Shown: piece after piece, positions 46,359 through 58,659 of the stretch
How positions within the stretch are numbered: position 1 is the first letter of the stretch
Layout of the letters: each line of letters starts with the position of its first letter
DNA from: the human T2T-CHM13v2.0 reference genome, Homo sapiens
Assembly: GCF_009914755.1 (NCBI RefSeq)
Contig: NC_060934.1
DNA length: 64,000 bases
Strand: one strand, 5' to 3'
Notes under the pieces: model-generated
Seen by the model: only the letters and a program-made list of their open reading frames with translations
Told to the model about the DNA's origin: nothing
Databases searched by the model: none
Translations under genes and position numbers: made by a program

Positions 46359-46621
46359 GAACAAGAAAATCATTTAAAAAAATACATTATCTTTGGCTAG
46401 GCTCACAGACACAAATATATATATGAAAAAATACATTAAAATGATGATACTGAAGTCACAGAATTACAAGTGATTTTAATTTTCTTCTACACATGACTGA
46501 ATTTTCTACAGTTGATATGCATTATTTTTACAATACAAAAAATCCATTGTATACCACTTCTTTAATTCTGCTTCCTCAAAAAAACACTGCATGGGGGAGG
46601 AGAAATTGATAGAGGGTTATA

Positions 46622-46953
46622 CAGATGGTCCACAACTTACAATGTTTCGACTTAATGATTTTTCCACTTTTGATGGTGCCCATGAAACCATTCTGTTGTT
46701 CACTTTCAGTACGGTATCCCATAAATTAGATAAGATATTCAACACTTTATTGTAAAATAACTTTGTGTTAATTATTTTGCCCAACTGAAGGCTAAGGTAA
46801 ACCTTCTGAGCACATGAGGTAGGGTAGGCTGGGTTACAGCGTTGTAGGTTAGGTGTATAAATGCATTTTCATCATAACAATATTTTCAACATAGAGTGGG
46901 TTTACTGACAAATTTATGGGGAAGTAACCCCATCATAAATTGAGGGGCACCTG
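46622..46953 (-). mobile_element. MER47A (TcMar-Tigger) relic
   Basis: TIR-like cagatggtccacaacttac / aaattgaggggcacctg, TA flank, internal match to recalled MER47A. Confidence 0.8.
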
Positions 46954-47529
46954 GATATGATGGGCAGGGGCTGTTGCTTGGGACAAAGATGGGCTATGAA
47001 TGAGCACCTTAGGACAGCTCTAAAAAAAACCATGCCATGACAGCAGACCATCATAGCGTCACGCAGAATAGAAATTTTCATAGACATTAAAGAGAGAATA
47101 TACTTATTCAACAAACAGAGATTAAATAATATGCAGGTAGGTATCTGAGACAATATGAACAACCATTTATATTTTTAACTAAGAGAAAGATTTTTTAAAT
47201 GGAGAAATTATCATGGTTTTAAAATTTTTCTTAAATTTTTCTTAAATTTAAGAACCATGATAAACCTCTTAATAAAAGAATAACCCTCCAAAGAGACTCC
47301 AAAATTTCCTTAAGTTCCCCATTTTAATTTATCCCGTATGTGAGATGAACATTTCTGTATGTTATTTGTGTTGATATTATAAAGTTCATTATTCTTATCA
47401 GTAAAGTTCAAATGTCATATCTGGCTTTATAATGCCTTTTCTAATTCGAATGGTAGATGCCAAATACATTTTGAAAGACTTTTAAATTTTTTGCTTGGTA
47501 AAATAATGCTGAGGAAAAAATGTTTTGCA

Positions 47530-47895
47530 CAATTATTAATCTCTAATGTTAACTCCCAAAATACTCACCCAATCAAAGAAACATCAGACAAACTCAAATT
47601 GAGGGACATTCTCAAAGTAATCTGCCCCTTCAAAAATTAAAAATTTGCCTGGAGTAATTTGTTCTTGAGAAAATATTAACAAACGTAATAGGTTAAAGGA
47701 GATTAAAGAGCCATGAGAACTTACTGCCATACATGATCCTGAATTGGAAACAGGACCAAATTCTATTCATACTTGTATTTCATTCATTCTCTCATTCATT
47801 TATGATATAAAGAACATTAATTGGGACAACTGATAATACAATCGATTTAATCATTTTCGTAACTATAACACAGTTATATAAGAAAATGTCCTCCT
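47530..47895 (+). mobile_element. L1MC/L1ME 3'UTR fragment
   Basis: aaacatcagacaaactcaaattgagggacattct...aaaggagattaaagag. Confidence 0.6.
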
Positions 47896-47898
47896 TCT

Positions 47899-48200
47899 GG
47901 CCAGGCGCAGTGGCTCACGCCTGTAATCCCGGCACTTTGGGAGGCAGAGGCGGGCAGATCACGAGGTCAAGAGATCAAGACCATCCTGGCCAACATGGTG
48001 AAACCCCGTCTCTACTAAAAATACAAAAATTAGCTGTGTGTGTTGGCACGTGCCTGTAATCCCAGCTACTCGGGAGGCTAAGGCAGGAGAATTGCTTGAG
48101 CCTGGGCGAGAAGGTTGCAGTGAGCCGAGATCGAGCCACTGCACTCCAGCCTGGGCAACAGAGTGAGACTTGGTCACACACACACATACACACACACAAA
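47899..48200 (+). mobile_element. AluSc-like with (CA)n tail
   Basis: gagatcaagaccatcctggccaacatgg; tail is a CA repeat. Confidence 0.93.
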
Positions 48201-48445
48201 CAATATGGCAGCCTACACTTGATCTATTAAGTGTTAGCAAAATAAACCTAATAAGGCCCATGCTTAATTTCTAGCTCATTAAATTTCTAACTTGAGACTC
48301 TAACCTTTCTGAAGTTAGCCTATCAAGATGGCTTCTGACCTTCAAAAAAGTTCCTAAAGAATCCCCAATGTATCCCTGTGGTTTCTGTAGGGAAAGCCCA
48401 CTAACTTTCTAGAATGCATTTTGAATTCTTGAAAGTTAAGCATGT

Positions 48446-48678
48446 GGCTGGGCGCAGTGGCTCAAACCTGTAGTCTCAGCACTTTGGAAGGCCATGGTGG
48501 GTGGATTGCTGAAGGTCAGCTCGAGACCAGCCTGGCCAACATGGCGAAACCCCGTTCTACTAAAAATACAAACAATTAGCCAGGCTTGGTGGCGCATGCC
48601 TGTAATTGCAACTACTCAAAAGGCTGAGAAAAAGAATCGCTTGAACCCAGGAGGCGGAGGCTCCAGTGAGCCGACATC
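48446..48678 (+). mobile_element. AluS, 3'-truncated
   Basis: Alu body ending in the right arm with no tail. Confidence 0.9.
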
Positions 48679-48865
48679 AGTGAACTTTGTTAATAAAGCA
48701 AGACAAATGCATTCTACAAATAAAAACGAACAAAGACAAATATGATAAAGAACTACAAAATGGGAGAGAACACTAGTTCCGGTTAGGGTAAGCCTCATGA
48801 GATAGGTAGAAGTCAGTAGGATTAGAAGTTGGCGTCCGTATGGACAGGCAAAGAAGGTGAGAGCA

Positions 48866-49182
<317 letters not shown>

Positions 49183-49662
49183 TCAGGAGAAAGTATTTGC
49201 AAAACTGGTCACTGGGCTGGGAAAGGACAGAAGTGTCCATGCAGTAGTTAATGGAAATCAATGGTACTAAACGCGTGTTCTAGGAAAGCCTATGTATCAA
49301 TCCATGAGCAATGTAAAAAAAAAAAAAAAAAAAAAATCAACAAGATCTCTTCCCACTATCTTGACTAATGAGATGGCATCTAACCCTGGATTTCTTTATT
49401 ACTTGTTTATTTAAAAAAAATTCAGTCATAGTTTATCAGCCTCCAACATGGAACTCATACTGTATTACCTGAAACTATATATGTAGCTTAGCTTTTTTTT
49501 TTCCCCCCTCAACATACTAAGTCACATTAAGGAGAAATAAAATCTGCCCTGCAGATTCTGGTGTCAGACAACCTGAGTTTATGGCTGGCTCCAAGATTTG
49601 GAGTGTCCTAAGGTTAATTCTTTGTTCCTCCCCTTTCAATAGGATAATATCACCAACTAAGT

Positions 49663-49792
49663 CAAGCTTGTCCAACCTGAGATCTGTGGGCCGCATGTGG
49701 TCCAGGATGGCTTTGAATGTGGCCCAACACAAATTCCTACCTAAGCTTTCTGAAAACATTATGAGATTTTTGTGATTTATTTATTTATTTGT

Positions 49793-49823
<31 letters not shown>

Positions 49824-49925
49824 TTGGCTTATCTGCTATCGTTAGTGTTAGTGTATTTTATGTGTGGCCCAAGACAATTCTTCTTCCAGTGTGGCCCAGG
49901 GAAGCCAAGATATTGGACGTGCCTG
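49663..49925. mobile_element. MER30 (hAT) with internal (TTTA)n
   Basis: MER30 consensus motifs; perfect 8-bp TSD aactaagt at 49655-49662 and 49926-49933. Confidence 0.9.
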
Positions 49926-50907
49926 AACTAAGTCATGGACATTGTAAAGATTAAATAAGATAATCCACATAAAGAGTTTCACACAATAACTGATGAATAA
50001 ATGCCAGTCATAGATAGGACTGCAACGTTATAAGCAATGTTAAGCATTAGAGGTGAAAGAAACTGTCTTCTATTTTTTGTAAGCCTGTATAAATCACATA
50101 TAGTTCCTGACAGAAGTAATATATCTCCTGCAGGAAAAGAAAAAGAATCATAACTGTATGCACAGTTACCATTCCTGTGGTTTAAAGTTGATATACCATG
50201 GTTTGCTCCAAAATCAACCCTGAGAAAGCCCAAAATGAAAGTGAGCATTGGACTTGGATTTGTGGTGAAATCATTAGTGCTCCCCTCCTCCCCATTTCTA
50301 GGCATTGACAAAATAGATAATCAAAGATTTCACAGACCTAGAACCTAAAACAAGTCATTAAGAAACACTAATAAAAAGAGCAAAAGCCTATCACGGAGTT
50401 TTCCTTGAGCAATACTATGTGCCAAGAACTAGCAATATTCAAAAAGCCTAAAACAGATCCTTGGCCATCAAAAGGTAGAAAGGCAGAGACTGTGCCCCTG
50501 TCAATTTCTTAAATTATCATGTTAATATTAAGCCTTTTACAACTCAAAATGATACCGCATACCTGGAGCACAAAGAGAGGCACAGATGTGAGAGCACGCA
50601 TAAAAAATTAAGAAACAAATAATATTTCAAACTAAACTATACTTTTAACTTTGTTTGGGAAACTCGTATTAGAAAAAAAAGTCCAAGCGTAACTAGAAGT
50701 CAGACACATGTAAAAGTATATATGACTTCCTTTTTTAAGGTGACTCCCAGTCACCATGTCATGCTACCATAAACACACAGGTTGTGAACTGAAATGCAGC
50801 TTGCATTTCTTAACAGAATACCACATCAAAAGATGCTTCTTTCCCTCTGGTGACTGAGGAATTCACAGCCGATCATCAGTTTCCTCAACACGACTGACTA
50901 CATGTTT

Positions 50908-51041
50908 TTTATTGTTGTTTATTTTTAACTTTTTGGTAGAGATGAGGTCTCGCTGTGTTGCCCAGACTGGTCTTAATCTCCTGGGCTCAAGTGATCCTCC
51001 CAAAGTGCTAGGATTACAGGTGTGAGCCACTGCACCTGGCC
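50908..51041 (-). mobile_element. FLAM/AluJ left monomer
   Basis: TSD ctgactacatgttt at 50894 and 51042. Confidence 0.88.
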
Positions 51042-51280
51042 CTGACTACATGTTTCGAAAGAACATCCCTATCTTTACTACTTAAAGCATCATTTTCCAT
51101 CTCAGATTGTCTCAGACATTAATAGATGGAGTTTGTGTGCAAAGTCATTGAGTTTTCCAAAATATTCTATGATACTTATCCTAAACCATAAAGGAATAGC
51201 TCTTCCCCTAAGGATCACATTGTAAATACTTCCTCCTTTTGCATTTATTCTATAACTATTTCATGGTACAGATACAAATG

Positions 51281-51282
<2 letters not shown>

Positions 51283-51320
<38 letters not shown>
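51283..51320. repeat. (GT)n microsatellite
   Basis: Direct reading. Confidence 0.98.
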
Positions 51321-51324
<4 letters not shown>

Positions 51325-51890
51325 GACTGTGGATCTATTTTGTTTTATAGATCTTTTCCATTTATTTTGAGATATGGTGAGAAAAAGCTAACTTTTCTAA
51401 ATAAATGGGCAATTGTTATAAACACTACGTAAACTATCCTTTTAAAGCTACTAATTTGAAGTGCCATCTTTAACACACATGCACATACCTATGCACATCA
51501 TGTCAGTTTCTGTAACCCTTAATCTGTTTAAATGATCTATTTGTTTAACCCTATAACAATGCCATGCTGTTTTAGGTATTGTAGCTTTATATTATATATA
51601 CTCTGCCACAATTATTGTCTTTTCAAAGAGTAGTATAAATTGCTATTGTACCCCATTTTATTATTTAGAATCAATTTGTCCAATTTCCCCTTATCTAACC
51701 TACCCCAACACATAAATATCAGTGTGATTTTGATTAGATATAATTGCCCTATTTATTTTATAAGCCAAAAATTAAAGCTAGGAATTGTCTACAACACACA
51801 CTTATTAATGTGGAATATTCTCAAGGTTGTTTACTGATTTTCCTCCAAGATGTAATTTGTCACCTGTTTTTAGAATTGTGGAATATTTAT

Positions 51891-51985
51891 AGGAGGATCA
51901 CTTGAGCTCAGGAGGTCAAGGCTGCAGTGAGCCATGAAATATGGTGAGATTCTAGACTCAAAAAAAAAAAAAAAAAAAAAAACAA
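51891..51985 (+). mobile_element. Alu right-arm fragment with A tail
   Basis: ggaggatcacttgagctcaggaggtcaaggctgcagtgagc; TSD-like ggaatattt. Confidence 0.8.
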
Positions 51986-52947
51986 CGAAGGAATATTTGA
52001 AAAATAACATTAGTTCAAAGTTGCCTGTTTATAAAGCTGTACAGAAAATGAAACCTGTTTATTATGTTATTTAAATTCATTATATTTTTTCTTTAGTCAA
52101 CAATGTAAAAATTTTTGGAAAGGGACATATTGACATTACCTACTATGGAAATGACTTTGCTAAATTTTCCATTTACGATAGTTTGAGAATGAATGTTTTT
52201 GTGCTATGTTGTTTGATGTAAAAAGGAAAAAAGATCCTGATTGTTAGAATTTCTACCATGTCAATATAAAATGCCCTTTTTACTCCCATATAGCGCATCA
52301 TCACAGAGACTGATAGAGCAATCCTTCCTTTTATTGTGTTAGTTCTGCCTGCTGGAACTAAGCTTACTCTTTTATCCCCAGTCTGTCTCAGGACTTGTTT
52401 TCTTAACAGGATGCAACTATGTTTGCATTTTAATGTGAGCTGTGAGTCCTTAACTTTTGTTAAATTATCTCTTTTATAGTTATTCTAACAACTATGCTTA
52501 GCCTAATACTGACACGTCACTTTAATTTTCCTGTGTATACTTTTTTTACTGTATTCTCTTAGCCCTCCCTTTTTTTCCATGATTGAATCAAGTTTTTTAA
52601 CTTTTCTTTCCATTTTGTGGCCACTTATAATTTAGCATTTCACAACTCATGAAATACTTTGCATATATGCCAAACAACTAAGCTTTGGTCCTCACTTTGC
52701 AAGTGAATAGGAAGTCTCTCTCTTTTTTGCGTCTATCTGACCAAAATTAATCACAAAATATACTCCATTTGGGGTGGTAACAGTAAGTCACCTTAAAATA
52801 AGACCACTTTGGCATTTAATAAACCCATGTATTAAATATTACGAGCCAGGAAAAGGCAGGACAAGTAACTTCGTATTAAATTAGTAAGAAGTTAGTTCCA
52901 TGTATCTTTCCAACATCTCTGCATCCTTCAAAAGACAAAGCTCTTAC

Positions 52948-52986
52948 CGTTTCTTTTGGAATCTGCATCTGGCTTGGCTCTGCATT
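52948..52986 (-). CDS. PARD3: PARD3 small cassette exon (~exon 12, 39 nt)
   Basis: NAEPSQMQIPKET; ttcttctag|AAT ... ACG|gtaaga; phase 0-0. Confidence 0.95.
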
Positions 52987-55257
52987 CTAGAAGAATTGAA
53001 GAAAAACATAAATACAGACTGACCAAAGCCATCTTCAACACACAGGGACACAATGATTTATTTTAAAGAAAATTTTGTTGATTCTTAAAATCCACAAAAT
53101 ATATAAAGGGTAATTATATGATGGCTGACATAATGCTCTGTCTTCCAAAATTTTGCTGATGTGTGTGTTTATGTGTGTGTTTTAAGAAATTTTTCTAGAT
53201 ATACATTTTTACTTGCTCATTCACAGTACATCATGAATTTATTATCTGGAGGAAAACAAGTCTCACCAAACTGCTTTCCTAATCATGGCACTGTTTCTAA
53301 TTTTGCTTTAAAATTTTCCCAATCAAATCAAAGTTTTAAGGTATAGAATCATTTGATAACTAGACCAGATAATAACAGTTTGAACCACAGTCTGAACCAC
53401 AGCTTTATACTTTAAAATGTTGCACAGGAAATAAACATGATTTTTTTTTCCTATAATGTTGATTTGCCTTAATTACCTAGGAACTTACAAGGATGATTTA
53501 TTAAAAAAAGGCACCGATTGATAAAAGTATTTAGATTTAGACACACAGAATTTAAACACAGACACCCCAAACAGAGGAAAATAGTTACGTCTACTGGATT
53601 CAAGATTATTTTTAAATGTCCCCTCCCTTTAAATTTTCAGGATTTTATTCTCTTAAATTTTGAGAAGCAGCTGCAACATGCATAATAGACTGACGGCCTA
53701 CTGGCGTACTCCTTAATGAAAAGCTCACAAGCAATAAATTACATAACCAAGAAAAAAAAAAAGTAGGTAGCAGAAGGGAAAAACAGAAGCCTGGAAGATC
53801 AAAATTGGACAAGAAGAACCTGAATAACCTTAAGCTGGCTATATGCTGGCACTAACTCTGGAAAAGGCTGCTTAAGAGCAGTGTCTAAGCTTTGGCAATC
53901 TAATAATGCTAACTAGTGCACTCCGAGACACTGAGGAAGAATTAAAGCTTCGGCAAATCACATGGAAAGCTAGTTGTTTTTTTTTTTTAAGTGCTCATTT
54001 ACAATTTAATAGAGACATCTCCAGATTTAGGATCAGGTGGCATTTTAAGCACAAAATTGGATAACAGTGGGGGGAAAACGAAAAACTGAATTTAAATTGA
54101 GAAATAATGCATTAAACATTTTTAAATATAAAGAAGTTTTCATAATTTATTCAAAATCTACTTAAAACAAAAGTGTTCACTTTTCAACCCTATCACTGTC
54201 TGAAATTTCCACAAAATCCACATTAAGTTTTAAGACCTGTGTGTAACCAGGGGATAAGATATTATGACTAAAATTTTTTCATTTATAATATTTATAGAAA
54301 TAGTTTATATAGAGAATAAAATATAGTTATTTTTATCATAACACATCCATACTTGAAGACACAAGAGAATTTGGGCTATATGATAAATTTGGAAACCTCG
54401 TTTCTAAAACCTTGTCACTCTAGATTATACAAATTAATTTTTGTTTAGCACTAAGAGCTAGATGAAAAGGATGTATTCCAAAATGATCCAAGTAGAATCT
54501 GTTTTGAAATATTTAAAATACCACTTGTACTTGAAATAAAACAATTTTCTTACCACATCAAAAGACAAAGGCAACTCCTCCAATTATGTCATTTTTATAT
54601 ATAAATGAAACCTAGCACTTTTGCAGAAAACCACTCAGAACTATGTACATTTAAGACACTTATTTCATTCACACCAATACCATGTAAATACTCAGATGTA
54701 TTAATGTATGTATGGAAAGTGAAGGAGATAGGTTGCAAAAGTTGTAAATGCCTTTTCATTTCCTTCATTTATGTCATCCTAAGTAACATGACCTATATTT
54801 GTATAATTAATAGCCATGAGGCTTATTGCCACTTAGGTCTTTTTATTTTTAATAATAATTTTTTTAAAAAGGTATTCCTTTTCATACAACAGTAAGGAAG
54901 CAAGCATCTATTTGGCTTACTGACATGTACTATGAAAATGTGAAATATGAAAATTTGTCATATGCAGTGTGGAAGATGGCAAGCTTTCAGCGACAGTCTG
55001 TGGAGTGACAGTTCTGAAATAATCGGCGTCTCTGTATTCAGTCAGTCCATCTGAGGGTGTACAGTGATGAACATTTGATGCCCTTGAAAATATCCCTACA
55101 GTCTGATGTTTAAGTACCCCTCCATTCATTACTGAGGATATCCATTTCTGAAACTAAGGGAGTATTAGAGAAAAGAATGTTTGTATTCAGTGAGGGCTGA
55201 AAGAAATATAAGATCTAGAAACTCCTCAGAAAATGTCTCAATAAACATTTGCCATCA

Positions 55258-55452
<195 letters not shown>

Positions 55453-55499
55453 CTAAAACAAAACAAAAGTTTTCAGCTGTAATCCTGTGGAAACAACAG

Positions 55500-55503
<4 letters not shown>

Positions 55504-55545
<42 letters not shown>
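55504..55545. repeat. (AC)21 microsatellite, (GU)21 in the pre-mRNA
   Basis: Direct reading. Confidence 0.98.
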
Positions 55546-55548
<3 letters not shown>

Positions 55549-56343
55549 AGGACTAGCCATATCTGCTATGGAACATAACTCATTTCATGCACAATTCTGC
55601 CATGATCTGGGAACCACTAAGGTTTTGTGACTAATAAAGAAACTAAGACCAGATATCTAGAAGAGAGGAAGTGGTCAATCTTTTAGTGTTCATCATTAAA
55701 CCCAAAGTGACAATCACCAGGGCATTGACAAGTACCAAGCAATAAATATTTCAAAAATGTCAAGTTAACACAAAACTTACTGGCTTAGAACAGAGATATT
55801 TTGATAGCCTTGTGCATCATAGGTTTTCTTACACCAAAATAAAAAGGTGTTGCTCTTATAAAGGGTAATAAAAACACACCAAAAATATTTTGGTACAGTA
55901 TTTTCACTTTAAATGAAATTTTACTGATAAATATAAATAAAACACTTTACCTCTAAAAGGTAAACATTAAAGAAACTACAAAACAATATTTTTTAGCAGG
56001 GAAGCAATATTTCAGCTGAAATTTTTTCAATGTTATGAGAGAATTCAAGCAGGAAAAAAATTTAAAACAACTTGTTCTTAGGGAATCTTTTATCTAACAG
56101 GAAGTATAACATCATTATCAGAAAGCACTATATACTCCACAGAAATGAGAGCATATGTTTCCTTTAAAAGGTATTCTACATTTTTCTTTTTAGACAAAAA
56201 AGACATTTTGTCCAAGGCAAATAAGTTTATAACTTAAATTACAGTATCAAAATTTTCCTGTAGTTAAAATATATTTCAGAACATTTCCCCTTCTGAAAAA
56301 AATCAACCTCATATACCTCAAGGTACTACTATTAAGGAATTGC

Positions 56344-57040
56344 AGACAGAAGGACTGAATTCAAGTTCCAGTGGAGACTCTTACAAAATAAAACAAGCTA
56401 CGACTGCACACATGGGCTAATATACCACTCAATTTATACCCCAAGGACAAGCGGCCTTTTCAGGAAGCAGAACCCTAAACATAATTTGTACTCAAACAAA
56501 AGAAAGTGAAAAAAAATCTAGACAATTAAGTCACTTGATCCTTTTTTCTTTGTATGATTCTAATTATCTAGACACTCAGAGAAAATGCACGTAAGTATCA
56601 ATATTGTATAGCTACAACTGTAGATACTAGAAGGTTGGGCTTAAAGCATGCAAAAATGAAGTTTCCATTTTAAGACAAAGATGACAGCTATGGAAATAAA
56701 GCCTAACTCGAAAGACATGCAGGTTGCAGGTCTTTCTCACTGCTTTAAAATAAAAAGGTTTTTCTGATATGTTGAAAGTAAAGCGATTATGTGATAAAAG
56801 AAAAAAGTGACTCAATAATAAAGCAATTATCTTTAGAAAGAAAGACGGAGAGAGCCAGAAAAGGACAGATATTTTTTTGGACTCAGAAGACAGGAGGACT
56901 GAATTCAAGTCCCAGCAGAGACTCTTACAAATAAAACAAGCTACGACTGCAGACGTGGGCTAACGTACCACTCAATTTATAACCCCAGGACAAGTGGCTT
57001 TTTCAGGAAGCAGGACCCTAACATAATTTGTACTCAAACA
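56344..57040 (+). repeat. Local ~155-bp direct duplication (56344-56498 and 56888-57040)
   Basis: Manual alignment, about 15 differences. Confidence 0.95.
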
Positions 57041-57771
57041 TCTGTTATTTAGCTTCTAACAGTGCCTATTTAACATACGTTGTCACATGCACAGGACCAA
57101 AACAGTGGGAATAAAATTTAAGGGATCTAGGCTCCAAATGTAGACATGGAAAAAAATACAGACGGTATCCCTCTCCTCCCCTACTTTACAAAAATTCTTT
57201 AGGAGAACTCAATCTGGAGAGATAGAAACCATATATGAAACTATAAGAAAAAAGGATAGTGTGGTAAAAGTTTACCTTAGCATTAATATTTGAATACTAG
57301 TTAATTAGGAAATGCAGTATCTGCTAATAAAAATACAGACTATATTTTCTTTAAAAAAAACTAAGAAAAATGGTTTAAAACATATTTTTCAATTTTCTCT
57401 TTTATGTGCAAACCATCACACAAACACAAATTATGTATGTTAATCTATTTCCAAGGCAGCTTCAAATACCAATGAACCCAAACTCATAAGACATAGAAAA
57501 AAAATTCAAAAACGATTTTTCTTTTCTTTCCTGACATTTGACTCTTATGACTCAATTTATTCTCCATGCTGCCATTTCAAGATTTCCTTGCTCCTCTTAT
57601 CAAGGAACACTGTTTTCATTTATTTCATCTGTCTCTGTTCTGAATACATTTCCACATTGCCAGACATAAATATAAAGCCATTTAGAAACGTAACCTTACA
57701 GACATTTTATATGACAAAATGTTACCTCATAAACCAAATGTCTGAGTAACTAAAAATTTATAACTAAACTA

Positions 57772-58077
<306 letters not shown>

Positions 58078-58100
58078 TCATCAGATAACATGGAAAAAAG

Positions 58101-58248
58101 AGCTGGGCACGATGGCTCACACCTGTAATCCCAGCACACTGGGAGGCAAGAGGATCGCCTGAGGCCAGCAATTCAAGACCAGCTGGGGCAACATAGCAAG
58201 ACTCTGCCTCTACAAAAATTTTAACAATTAAAAAAATATATATAAAAA
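58101..58248 (+). mobile_element. FLAM_C-like monomer
   Basis: TSD ataacatggaaaa. Confidence 0.85.
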
Positions 58249-58380
58249 ATAACATGGAAAATCTAAACATAAAACAGAAACACATTTTGTGACGCATACT
58301 TCCGCTAAAATGTATATAACTGAATTTCATATTTTATGAAAATGTTTTTAAAAGTTGGCTCCTGGAAATGGAACATTTCA

Positions 58381-58659
<279 letters not shown>

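Noticed and set aside
52865-52895. Pseudo-loxP resemblance (GTAACTTCGTATT...AGTAAGAAGTTAG)
   Set aside because: 5-bp rather than 8-bp spacer and a poor right arm; better explained as a small hairpin
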